From sequence record MH243438.1: 64,000 nucleotides of DNA, one strand, 5' to 3'. This DNA comes from Escherichia phage vB_EcoM_NBG1. This document shows, one piece after another, positions 47,632 to 56,472 of this stretch. The translations under genes and the position numbers were made by a program. Each line of letters opens with the position of its first letter. Within the stretch, counting starts at the first letter, position 1. The notes beneath the pieces were generated by a model. The model was not told the origin of the DNA and did not search any database. It worked only from the letters and a program-made list of their open reading frames with translations.

Positions 47632-48045
47632 TTAACTTAAACGTCTTTCTAAATATTCAATGTATTCCGCTGCGGCTTGCATCAGATTACCTTCATAACC
47701 GTCATTATTTTCTTGACCGGCTAATTTAGCTAAAGCATAAGAAATACGTTCACCTTCGAATTCGCCAAGTCCACCATCACAAACTACTTGGTCAATTTCT
47801 TCGAGTTCATCTATTGAATGGGATTCCCAGAAGCACCAAAGAGAAGTATCACGGTCATAGATGCAAAGTTTCTCACCTGTGTTCAACATCACTTCGTTAA
47901 TGCCATGGTCGCCATAACCATCTTCGGTAGTAGTACCAATTACCTTGATGATTGTTCCTTTCTTTAATTCAGGAAACTTGACTTGTAGTTCTTCATCTTC
48001 TTTAACAATCTTGAACCATTTACCGCGAGTTTCAGAAATATTCAT
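47632..48045 (-). CDS. hypothetical protein
   Basis: 137 aa from ATG 48045 (MNISETRGKWFKIVKEDEEL..). Confidence 0.55.
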   Translation of the reverse strand: MNISETRGKWFKIVKEDEELQVKFPELKKGTIIKVIGTTTEDGYGDHGINEVMLNTGEKLCIYDRDTSLWCFWESHSIDELEEIDQVVCDGGLGEFEGERISYALAKLAGQENNDGYEGNLMQAAAEYIEYLERRLS

Positions 48046-48046
48046 A

Positions 48047-48217
48047 TCAATATTCTCTATAAAAGTTACGATGAGAACGTTTAGCTTTGCGAAGCTGACG
48101 TTTAGTAGGACGAACTGTAAATGGTTGTCCAGAGAAAAAATTAGGATCGGTTTTAATAAGCAAATACCAATCATGTTTGCCATTTTTTAATAAACGGTAC
48201 AATAATTTAACTTGCAT
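48047..48217 (-). CDS. small basic protein, paralog 2
   Basis: 56 aa from ATG 48217 (MQVKLLYRLLKNGKHDWYLLIK..TVRPTKRQLRKAKRSHRNFYREY). Confidence 0.4.
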   Translation of the reverse strand: MQVKLLYRLLKNGKHDWYLLIKTDPNFFSGQPFTVRPTKRQLRKAKRSHRNFYREY

Positions 48218-48345
48218 AATAATCTCTTCCCATTTCCATATCAATTAATTCATTTATTGAAGGTTCATCATAACACGTTTCTTCGTCGTTGTAAACTGTT
48301 TCGACGTCTGGCTCGACCGTCTCCCATCGAGCCGAATACCACGGT

Positions 48346-48702
48346 TTAACCGCGGAGCTTATTGAGCTCTTCATAATCAATCCAGGATTCTAACCCAGAT
48401 GGCAGGTCACATTCGATGTTCCACAGAAGCTCTTCAATGGCTTGTAGACGATTGAGTTCTTCAACGGTAATAGTAACCATTGGTTCAACCGGTTTTGCCT
48501 TTTTAACCATCATGTCATTCATCAGGACGTACAAGTCGTCACGAACAACGGTATCATTCCAACCCCATGATTTGGCTGCATACGCTAATGATGATGGGAG
48601 CACATTTAAAACTTCAATAATAGATGGAGATTCAGGACCAAGCTCAGATACACAAACTTCGTATACATCTTGGAAATCTTTAAGATTTAATGAATATGTC
48701 AT
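48346..48702 (-). CDS. hypothetical protein
   Basis: 118-aa acidic ORF; its start region is a 22-nt duplicate of the nrdC 3' end. Confidence 0.55.
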   Translation of the reverse strand: MTYSLNLKDFQDVYEVCVSELGPESPSIIEVLNVLPSSLAYAAKSWGWNDTVVRDDLYVLMNDMMVKKAKPVEPMVTITVEELNRLQAIEELLWNIECDLPSGLESWIDYEELNKLRG

Positions 48703-48721
48703 TTAAAATATTCTCGCAGTT
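48700..48721 (-). repeat. 22-nt direct repeat copy A (CATTTAAAATATTCTCGCAGTT)
   Basis: identical to 49015-49036; contains ATG of gene 48346-48702. Confidence 0.8.
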
Positions 48722-49017
48722 TATTGTTCTACACATGCACAGGAAACTTCGAAATCAGGACCGTCGTACTTCCAGTGATATTCACCAACAGGAATCCAGT
48801 CACCATGCTCGTTTTCTTCATAGTCCTCAGGCTCAAGGCCAACGAATCGCCATTGGACACCGATGATTCTATTACCCATCATTACTCGAAATTCGCCCCA
48901 TGGATTATCAATAGCATACTGAATATCGTTCTTAGCACGAGAGCACATTTCTTGATATAACAAAGTTTCTAATTCGTCCTGGTCATAAGGGCCTGGGAAA
49001 GTTAAATCGATATTCAT
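48721..49017 (-). CDS. hypothetical protein
   Basis: 98-aa acidic ORF with C-terminal CAC; ATGA overlap with nrdC stop. Confidence 0.55.
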   Translation of the reverse strand: MNIDLTFPGPYDQDELETLLYQEMCSRAKNDIQYAIDNPWGEFRVMMGNRIIGVQWRFVGLEPEDYEENEHGDWIPVGEYHWKYDGPDFEVSCACVEQ

Positions 49018-49277
49018 TTAAAATATTCTCGCAGTTGGTCAAATCCACCAATGTGACTTCCGTCAGGAGCAAACACTTGAGGCATCGTCAATCCAACATG
49101 TGTTTCACGTCCAAGCTTAGCCAGAAGCTCAGCAATTTTCTCATCGTCGAACACACCTTTTTCTGGCATAACATTAATGAATTCGAATGGTTGTTTCTTA
49201 ACAGTCAGCAATCGTTTCGCATTATCACAATAAATGCATTTATGAATAGTAGAGTCATACCCGTACACTTTAAACAT
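49014..49277 (-). CDS. nrdC: thioredoxin/glutaredoxin NrdC
   Basis: 87 aa from MFKVYGYDSTIHKCIYCDNAKRLL, near-identical to remembered T4 NrdC; CIYC redox motif. Confidence 0.88.
   Translation of the reverse strand: MFKVYGYDSTIHKCIYCDNAKRLLTVKKQPFEFINVMPEKGVFDDEKIAELLAKLGRETHVGLTMPQVFAPDGSHIGGFDQLREYFK
49015..49036 (-). repeat. 22-nt direct repeat copy B (3' end of nrdC plus ATG of downstream gene)
   Basis: identical to 48700-48721; encodes the nrdC C-terminus QLREYFK. Confidence 0.8.
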
Positions 49278-49683
49278 TATTTTTCCTTTCATCAATTAAA
49301 TATGCAATGCCAAATACAATACATGTAATAAAACCTGTGATACAGATAGAAACCAACAACACTGTACCAAAGAACCAAATCAAGTTATCTTTAGTAGTTT
49401 GTTTGATATCCATCTCACGAATTTCTATAGCTATCGTATCACCTTTATTCAGAAGCGTATAAAACGATGGCGATACACGTCTGTCAAAAACTCGTCCTTG
49501 CTCATCTTTATAGACTGCAATAAATTCTAATTTAGAATATTTTCCTGTAGATTGACCTGAGATTAGCTCTACTACCTCCACAGGAATTACTTTAGTTTCC
49601 ATGTAAGTATTCTGGCTGTTCCAAATGAATGGAATAATAGCAAAAACTAAAGCTGCGATAAAACAACGAAAGCTATATCTCAT
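49270..49683 (-). CDS. membrane protein
   Basis: 137 aa; N- and C-terminal hydrophobic TM segments. Confidence 0.55.
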   Translation of the reverse strand: MRYSFRCFIAALVFAIIPFIWNSQNTYMETKVIPVEVVELISGQSTGKYSKLEFIAVYKDEQGRVFDRRVSPSFYTLLNKGDTIAIEIREMDIKQTTKDNLIWFFGTVLLVSICITGFITCIVFGIAYLIDERKNNV

Positions 49684-49988
49684 TATAATGTTCTCTCAAA
49701 TTTGTGGAAGCATTTACGGCATTTCAATTTCAAGTTATCACTGGTCCAGTTAACCAGTTGGACTTGGATAGTTCCACATTCCGGACATGGATGTTTTGCT
49801 GCCGATTTGGCAGCATTTTCACGTCGTTCAACCATTTTCATTATTTCGTTCCATGCTGGAGGAACGAACTCTTCTTCACCATGAATTTTATCTCGCTGAA
49901 CAAATTCAATCTTTGAACTATCATCAATAAACTTAACCAAGTCATGATTAGTGCTCATATCAATATCCTCTAAAAGACGTAGTTTCAT
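49683..49988 (-). CDS. zinc-ribbon protein
   Basis: 101 aa; CPECG..CRKCFHKF. Confidence 0.55.
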   Translation of the reverse strand: MKLRLLEDIDMSTNHDLVKFIDDSSKIEFVQRDKIHGEEEFVPPAWNEIMKMVERRENAAKSAAKHPCPECGTIQVQLVNWTSDNLKLKCRKCFHKFERTL

Positions 49989-50938
49989 TATAAAACCTCA
50001 ATGGCATTTCGTAAACCATCCGCTTTCGCATTCAGAGCTTTTAACGATTTAGTTTGTTCTTTAATCTGAGCTTCGACTTCTTTCAGACGAGATTTGAGAT
50101 ATTCACGTTCTTCGGCCATAATATCTACCTTTTCTGCTTTAGGTTCTTTAATAGGCTTAGGCTTATACGTATTAGGGTTCTTCAACTTAATTTGAATGCG
50201 AGAACTGAATAACATCGAACCGTTATCTTCGGTTTCATCATGCATTTCTACCACGTCCATGATTCTTAACATCATGCGAAGTTTATAAGACAGCGAACGA
50301 ACGGTTTTATTGTGCTTCTTAATTTCTTCAGCTTTCATGGTGCCGAGATTACGTGAGTAATAATAAGGAACCTGAATATCAATTGATAATGATGCAGTAC
50401 CATTACCGGTTGGTTTGAACACTGCAGTAACCCAATCTTTAGCATGAACTGTATTTGTACGATCATCGCCGCCTGTGAATAATTTACGAGAATGTTTAAA
50501 AAGCATATTCACTTGGTTATTGAATTCACAAGCAAATTTATCAGCAAATTTAGTTTCAGGAATGGTAGATAACCAATCAGCCAAATGAGTCTTTTTAACA
50601 TCATTAACAATAGTGAATTCAACCAAATCGGTTTTAGATGTCACAGATTTAATAAAGCTCGGCTTCATAAAGTTTTTAATGTTATCGCGAGCTACAGTAG
50701 AAGATAATAAACGAGAACGTTTGAACCATTGAAGCAGTGTCCCTAATGAATGAGAATATGCATTTTGAGTATCTTTACAGATATGATTTTCTTGGCCTAT
50801 GTATGTACCAAAATCTCGAAGAATACCACTTACTACATCTCGGTGTGGAACATCAAATCCTAGTGCACCAGAAGCACGTTGGGCATGAACGTTAGCGATA
50901 AGACCTGCAAAGTATTCAATGTAATGTGAACGTGTCAT
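49988..50938 (-). CDS. hypothetical protein with C-terminal coiled coil
   Basis: 316-aa ORF with its own PeSL-type promoter at 50967-50996. Confidence 0.65.
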   Translation of the reverse strand: MTRSHYIEYFAGLIANVHAQRASGALGFDVPHRDVVSGILRDFGTYIGQENHICKDTQNAYSHSLGTLLQWFKRSRLLSSTVARDNIKNFMKPSFIKSVTSKTDLVEFTIVNDVKKTHLADWLSTIPETKFADKFACEFNNQVNMLFKHSRKLFTGGDDRTNTVHAKDWVTAVFKPTGNGTASLSIDIQVPYYYSRNLGTMKAEEIKKHNKTVRSLSYKLRMMLRIMDVVEMHDETEDNGSMLFSSRIQIKLKNPNTYKPKPIKEPKAEKVDIMAEEREYLKSRLKEVEAQIKEQTKSLKALNAKADGLRNAIEVL

Positions 50939-50966
50939 AATATTTTCCTCTCGTTAAGATAAATTC

Positions 50967-50996
50967 ATTATACTCCAACCATCCTTGGTTGTAAAC
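50967..50996 (-). promoter_or_regulatory. early promoter cassette (identical PeSL-type copy)
   Basis: plus strand TTATACTCCAACCATCCTTGGTTGTAAAC; upstream of ATG 50938. Confidence 0.6.
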
Positions 50997-51000
50997 TATT

Positions 51001-51960
51001 TTATGATTTTAATGCATTCATTGCGTTAAAAAGTTTAGAATACTGCAACTGGAGATTCGTTACAACACTTTGAGCATCACGAAGCTTAGCTTGTGCTTTG
51101 TCAAGTTCAACAGACAGTTGGTCCATAGTGGCCTTGATTTGATTGTAATGGTAATCTTCGGCCGGAAGAAGGTCATTAGAAACATTTAGTTTTACTGCAG
51201 ACAGTTTGCACACATTTGGCAAACCTTTAAACATTGATTTAGCCGAAGTAGAATAAGCACTTAGGACTTCGGCTTGTTCAATTGGGGTCCCAGTAAGCGA
51301 TGCTTCAAACAATGCATTTTCCTTTTTAAGATTTTGATAGTATTCAGAGTCTTTGTGCCACCATGGCGCAGGAACCTTTTTACCAATAGATACACGAGCC
51401 TGGATAGCGATATTGCCCTTATTCTTGATAGGGTCGATAATATTAAGCTCACGAGAATAAATTGCTTTAATCTGGTGAATATTATCACCTAAAACTTCCA
51501 ACGCTTGGTGGAATACACGAGCAACGTTATCATTCTTAGGTTTATACGTGAGAGTGAACTCGTTCTCACTGATAACCATGATTTCCAACTTATCGTAAGT
51601 ATATTTCAAATGTTTCATGTTAATTGCTTGAGGACGAATACGAGAAGCAATGGCCATCAGATTGTTAAGGTTATTCCGGAACTGCTTAGCGAAATATTGT
51701 CCTTCACCGCCAATACAAAAATTACGAAGTTTCTGTTTGGCCAATAAACGGCTGAACTCGCCATTTTTAATGAACTCTTTAACGGGTGTGTTAGTAACGC
51801 ATTCAAATTGAGTAAACTTACGAGAATTAATCCCATAATACGAACAGATTTCCTCAATCTCTTCAGGAGTCTTTACAGGCATACGGATAGGATTAGGTCC
51901 TGGAGTATATGCGTTCGAGGTAAATTCTTTGATAAGTTCTCTACGTGTAATAAAAGCCAT
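51001..51960 (-). CDS. hypothetical protein with C-terminal coiled coil
   Basis: 319-aa ORF with its own PeSL-type promoter at 51987-52015. Confidence 0.65.
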   Translation of the reverse strand: MAFITRRELIKEFTSNAYTPGPNPIRMPVKTPEEIEEICSYYGINSRKFTQFECVTNTPVKEFIKNGEFSRLLAKQKLRNFCIGGEGQYFAKQFRNNLNNLMAIASRIRPQAINMKHLKYTYDKLEIMVISENEFTLTYKPKNDNVARVFHQALEVLGDNIHQIKAIYSRELNIIDPIKNKGNIAIQARVSIGKKVPAPWWHKDSEYYQNLKKENALFEASLTGTPIEQAEVLSAYSTSAKSMFKGLPNVCKLSAVKLNVSNDLLPAEDYHYNQIKATMDQLSVELDKAQAKLRDAQSVVTNLQLQYSKLFNAMNALKS

Positions 51961-51986
51961 TTTATATTCCTCATGTTGAAAAATTT

Positions 51987-52015
51987 ATTATACTCCAACC
52001 ATCCTTGGTTGTACA
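51987..52015 (-). promoter_or_regulatory. early promoter cassette (identical PeSL-type copy)
   Basis: plus strand TTATACTCCAACCATCCTTGGTTGTACA; upstream of ATG 51960. Confidence 0.6.
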
Positions 52016-53011
52016 TCATTCCTTAAGAAGTTTTACTACTTGAATAAGATTAGCTCGTTCTGTTTTATTTTTACCATTTAAGCCTGCTAATCGTGAGATT
52101 TCATCGTCAGTCTGTTGAATAGTTACATTAAGTTCGTTAATCAAAGCTTCAAAGTATTTGATTTGCTCAGCATGTTTTGATTCAAATTTCTGAACAGGAA
52201 TAACGTCTTGGTTCAGTTCATCAATAAGGTCTTTAAGAGCATCTTCTTGGTTGATATCATATTCAACTTCTTTTATTTCTTCAACGAGCTCGTCTTTATA
52301 TCTAACGTCTTTTAGTCCTGGTGCTGGTCCTGAAATCTCTTCTTTAAGAGTACAAACATATCCAATACGGTATCCAATGCCGTCTCGCTTGATATCAACT
52401 TCGTCGATAAATCCACAATGTTTAAGCCCGGAGCCGATTATGTCAAAATATCCTTGACGTCGTCCTTCAAACGTTACACGAACTACTAAGACAGTTTTAC
52501 CTGCAACCTTTTGAAGCTCACATTTATAAAAGTCAGTTGAACCTGAATAACGTGGATTAGTTTTAAAGTTCATCTGACGATCTAGGCCCATTTGTAAGCG
52601 TGCTGTTACGGCCATAAAACGTGTTTGGTTCTCGTTAAGATGAGCAACAATCCATTTCAAAGGCATTTTACACTGTTCACGGCCGAACAAATCAGTACGT
52701 CCTAAATTACGCAGGATATTGTTAGAGTTAATCATCGACAGAACGTTAAGTTTATTCAGCGCGCTGAAGATTCCATCGGCCATTGATTTTCCGTAACCTT
52801 TACACGCTTTAATAAGTGCTCGCGGTAGATTAGTATAGATTTCAGACGGCATATGAAAATCAAATTTACTAACCAGTAATTGATGAACTTGGATAGCAAT
52901 TTGTTCATAATTAAGTGCTCTGCGATCATTATGGTCTTTAAACCACACTTTAATCTGTGAAGCACATAAACCGTTAATTTCATGTTTTACCGCATCAGAT
53001 GTAATGCTCAT
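52016..53011 (-). CDS. hypothetical protein with C-terminal coiled coil
   Basis: 331-aa ORF; degenerate PeSL-like element upstream (53041-53070). Confidence 0.65.
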   Translation of the reverse strand: MSITSDAVKHEINGLCASQIKVWFKDHNDRRALNYEQIAIQVHQLLVSKFDFHMPSEIYTNLPRALIKACKGYGKSMADGIFSALNKLNVLSMINSNNILRNLGRTDLFGREQCKMPLKWIVAHLNENQTRFMAVTARLQMGLDRQMNFKTNPRYSGSTDFYKCELQKVAGKTVLVVRVTFEGRRQGYFDIIGSGLKHCGFIDEVDIKRDGIGYRIGYVCTLKEEISGPAPGLKDVRYKDELVEEIKEVEYDINQEDALKDLIDELNQDVIPVQKFESKHAEQIKYFEALINELNVTIQQTDDEISRLAGLNGKNKTERANLIQVVKLLKE

Positions 53012-53073
53012 AACTATTTCCTCAGATTGAATTGGAACTCAAAACCATTATAACCCGTCCTTGGGTAAAGCGT

Positions 53074-53601
53074 TTATGCGTGAACCGTCTTTAAACGTTC
53101 TTCAAATTTCCGAAGAGTACTAATACGTTCTGCTTTCTGTTTTGTATAGTTTGCAATACGTTCTGAAGTGAGAGCGTATCGTTCGTTTACTGTTTCTTTC
53201 ATGAAGTCAGGGATTTCACGAGAAGCTTTAATTTCATCAAACTTATCGAGTACTGCCTGGTCTTCAGCAATTAAATTTTCGTACATCTCGATATCTTTCT
53301 TGATGAAGTCGATATCTTCCTGGGTTACTTTGGATAAACGAGATGCTTTATCCTTTTTGTACTGCTCGTTAGTTTCACGAGACCAGAATAATGTACGTTT
53401 TTTGTTAGTGTTTTTGTAGACTTCCACAATTCCAACTGAATCGATGATAACAATCCAATTCCAGCGAGATTTGAAAATCTGACCTCCGTCCACGGTAATC
53501 TCGTTACCATAAGCAATGTCATTAAAGAACTTACTTTGTGCTTCAGATTTAAATTTACCGTCGTTATAATTTACCAGGTTGAAAATATCTTTAGCGTTCA
53601 T
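53074..53601 (-). CDS. hypothetical protein
   Basis: 175-aa ORF with early promoter GTTTAC-N17-TATTAT upstream. Confidence 0.6.
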   Translation of the reverse strand: MNAKDIFNLVNYNDGKFKSEAQSKFFNDIAYGNEITVDGGQIFKSRWNWIVIIDSVGIVEVYKNTNKKRTLFWSRETNEQYKKDKASRLSKVTQEDIDFIKKDIEMYENLIAEDQAVLDKFDEIKASREIPDFMKETVNERYALTSERIANYTKQKAERISTLRKFEERLKTVHA

Positions 53602-53659
53602 GTTTTACCTCCAGTAGTTGATAGGTCTATAATAACATAACCATAGACCTTGTAAACAA

Positions 53660-53947
53660 CTAAAAGAAACTTTTTTCGGTATTTTTTCCACTGAACCAAA
53701 CAGACTTCGGGATTTTTTGTAATTTTTCAGATTTAAGTTTCTCTTCCTGTTCTTTCTTATATACACCCTTGTCGTACTGGAGCATCTCTATGGCATTCTT
53801 TTGCAAACGATCTAAGGTAATTAAGGCTTTAGTTTTTCCTTTCAAGGAAGAGTCCTGGCGAACCTCCTCACTATATTGCATCGTAGAACTAACCATACGA
53901 TGAGCATACAGTTCGACTGCGGCTTTAATTTTTTGCATAAAATCCAT
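53660..53947 (-). CDS. hypothetical protein
   Basis: 95-aa ORF. Confidence 0.55.
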   Translation of the reverse strand: MDFMQKIKAAVELYAHRMVSSTMQYSEEVRQDSSLKGKTKALITLDRLQKNAIEMLQYDKGVYKKEQEEKLKSEKLQKIPKSVWFSGKNTEKSFF

Positions 53948-54084
53948 AACATATCCTCTTTGATTTGTACATCATTATTTTAAATATTTCTATGCCCTCA
54001 GTAGGTTCCTGGTGTCCTTCTTTGAGGTAAGCCATATGATTATTCATCTTTATGGCTTTTGTTACCTCAGAACTTCCTATAAGC

Positions 54085-55086
54085 TTATTTCAGTAAAGTT
54101 ACTTCAGAGATTTCCTCCCAACCATCTTTATCAGTTGAAATAAAATCTGCTACATAAAGAGCGGTACGTAATGATACATTGCGAAGACGAGATACATTAG
54201 CCTTCATCCAGGACAATGCTTTGTACGTTTCTGCATCCGTCAGGCCACGTTTCTGCATCATGTCAGTAGATAATATTACATCTTCAACTCGAACCATAAT
54301 CTCTTCATTAGAGTGTACTCCAAGGTCGAGATACACTGAACGAGATACTAAAGCTTGAAGGTGTGGAGCAAGTTTCGAACCCCGTTCTAACTCTTTATCG
54401 ATATCAACGTTTGTAATGAAAACGATAGTACCTTCAAACTCAAATTCTTTATCAATACCCTTATCCTCGAGATAAGATGACGCAGTGCTCCAACAAACTT
54501 TGCGTTTATCGCCTGTATCTAATGCTGCTTTAAGAAGGTTCAAGATGTCCATATCTGAGAATACGTCAACGTCGTCGATTAAGAGAACGCTGTCTGCATC
54601 ACGGTTGAGCCAAAGTTGTTCGTAAAGGCCAATACCAGAGATTTTACCATTAATGCTTTTGTATTTGATGAAACCATTACCATTAGCATTATTAAGTGCT
54701 TTATCCAGAGAGTACGTCTTACCAATACCGGCTGCACCTGAAATAATGAGTGAACGAATTTTGCCATCGATAATGCCATTCGTCATCATGTTCATTACTT
54801 TAAAGCGTTTGTTGATACGAGTTTTCATATCTTCAGCGCTTTCAATAACTGCAACTGGTGACGTCTCAACTCCTTCCATTACGATGTCTGATTTGAAGAC
54901 CCATACTCCACGTTCAGAACCATCAATCATAACGAAAATTTTACCATCACCTAAGTGGGAACATTCAGGATTAAGCTTTGCCGGGAACCATGTCTTTGTG
55001 GCGACATAAGAACCAGAGATTTCGTTATTACGATAGATACCTTTTTTGATTTGAACGTTGAACATTTTATTCTCCAATTTACTCAT
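54085..55086 (-). CDS. P-loop NTPase (AAA-like ATPase)
   Basis: 333 aa; Walker A ISGAAGIGKT and Walker B VLLIDDVD, preceded by an about 110-aa N-terminal domain. Confidence 0.7.
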   Translation of the reverse strand: MSKLENKMFNVQIKKGIYRNNEISGSYVATKTWFPAKLNPECSHLGDGKIFVMIDGSERGVWVFKSDIVMEGVETSPVAVIESAEDMKTRINKRFKVMNMMTNGIIDGKIRSLIISGAAGIGKTYSLDKALNNANGNGFIKYKSINGKISGIGLYEQLWLNRDADSVLLIDDVDVFSDMDILNLLKAALDTGDKRKVCWSTASSYLEDKGIDKEFEFEGTIVFITNVDIDKELERGSKLAPHLQALVSRSVYLDLGVHSNEEIMVRVEDVILSTDMMQKRGLTDAETYKALSWMKANVSRLRNVSLRTALYVADFISTDKDGWEEISEVTLLK

Positions 55087-55163
55087 TTCGTTTCGATAGG
55101 TCTATAATAACATATCCTAAAAGCATGTACACTACTTTTTTAAAAATATTTTAACCCCCTAAA

Positions 55164-55178
55164 GGGACCCGAAGGTCC
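55164..55178 (-). terminator. UUCG-tetraloop hairpin after the late 88-aa gene
   Basis: minus RNA GGACC-UUCG-GGUCC followed by UUUAGGGGGUU. Confidence 0.4.
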
Positions 55179-55184
55179 TCGCAT

Positions 55185-55451
55185 TTACTTATCGCACTTA
55201 GCAACATAATTAGGCATATCACAGAATACGGAGCGAGTAACTATTCGTCCCTTTGACCATGCTTCAGTTGCTTGTCCGGCCGTGCTATTAATATAGCTTG
55301 ATTTGATATTCTCAATACCCTGAGAATGTGATGCATTTACCGAACCGTTGGAAGGCCCAGAAGACTGGTTACCACCAGCTCCTGTACCTGTGGTAGCACC
55401 AACAGAGAATGCCATCATTACTGCGAATAAACCAATTACTAATTTTTTCAT
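55185..55451 (-). CDS. small secreted Gly/Ser-rich protein with C-terminal Cys pair
   Basis: 88 aa; signal peptide MKKLVIGLFAVMMAFSVGA; CDMPNYVAKC; TATAAATA late promoter upstream and UUCG hairpin downstream. Confidence 0.6.
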   Translation of the reverse strand: MKKLVIGLFAVMMAFSVGATTGTGAGGNQSSGPSNGSVNASHSQGIENIKSSYINSTAGQATEAWSKGRIVTRSVFCDMPNYVAKCDK

Positions 55452-55482
55452 ATTTACCTCAAGTTAAGAGTTATTTATCTAC

Positions 55483-56472
55483 TTATTTATAGTAAGAATT
55501 ATGATTTTCGAGATAGACTTGCTCAAGGAAATCATCCCAGAAACTCATATCTACTTTTTGTTGCATACCGTTCTTAGCGGCTTGTTCTGATGCTTGTTCT
55601 ACCTGGTCAACAATGACTTCCAGGAATTCTTGTACAGTTTTAAACGTATGTTTACCAAGCTTAACATCGAGAATAAATGGAGCATCCTGAAGTGGGTAAA
55701 CCAAGTCACCGGTTTTGTAAATTTCCAATAATTGAAGTCCACCACGACATGCATGACTCAATGCTTTCCAGTCAATACCTTCGTTAGCTTCTGCCTTACG
55801 AGCACGTTCACCATAGTTCTCTTCCAGTTTAACCAGGATGGCATTGAACTCTTTATTGGTTAACGTATCTTGGAATTTACGGTCTAACAGATTATAGAAT
55901 GTTTGCTTACCTGTTTTCTCGTTTTCGGTTTCAATCCACGAAGCAAATTCACCTACAGGCAGAACATTCTTCATATGTGATAAACGAATTACTGCGCCAT
56001 TATCAAAGTATTGTCCCCATTCATTAGAACGTTTAAGGGCTTGACGAAGAACAGCCAGTCGAGAACCCTTGACACCGTATTTAGAAGCTTGCTTACGGAC
56101 ATACCCCAAATAAGATTTCATGTTAGTGGTATAGAAACGAGACCTGTTATCTTGAATATACTTCCACACGTCAGGCAAATCAGATTTAACCACTAGACTT
56201 GGTGGAGTGTGAAGCATATCTAATGCGACAGTTTCACCATCCGCAGCTAGTTTAAAGAAATATTTGAGACTATACAACTCATGGTCCACGTCGTCTTTTG
56301 TGTTCTTAGAAGATGTGTTATTCGTGTTCTTGCTCATGTGTTCTTTAACGTTACCGGTCAAGATATCACGAGCATGAGGGACATAAATTTCTTTAAAATC
56401 GACGTCAGATTCAGGAGTAGACGTTCCATAAAGGTGGCTACCAAAGTAGCCTTTCATAATTGTTTTCATCAT
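55483..56472 (-). CDS. Pol-beta-superfamily nucleotidyltransferase
   Basis: 329 aa; N-terminal GYFGSHLYGTSTPESDVDF fits the NTase-fold GS-x9-SDxD signature. Confidence 0.7.
   Translation of the reverse strand: MMKTIMKGYFGSHLYGTSTPESDVDFKEIYVPHARDILTGNVKEHMSKNTNNTSSKNTKDDVDHELYSLKYFFKLAADGETVALDMLHTPPSLVVKSDLPDVWKYIQDNRSRFYTTNMKSYLGYVRKQASKYGVKGSRLAVLRQALKRSNEWGQYFDNGAVIRLSHMKNVLPVGEFASWIETENEKTGKQTFYNLLDRKFQDTLTNKEFNAILVKLEENYGERARKAEANEGIDWKALSHACRGGLQLLEIYKTGDLVYPLQDAPFILDVKLGKHTFKTVQEFLEVIVDQVEQASEQAAKNGMQQKVDMSFWDDFLEQVYLENHNSYYK
55484..55491 (-). promoter_or_regulatory. T4-type late promoter TATAAATA (88-aa secreted protein gene)
   Basis: exact TATAAATA on minus strand about 33 nt upstream of ATG 55451. 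Confidence 0.55.

Noticed and set aside
8418-52015. CRISPR-like array suggested by repeated 30-nt elements
   Set aside because: Repeats are few, separated by whole genes at irregular distances, and read as sigma70 promoters; not a CRISPR array
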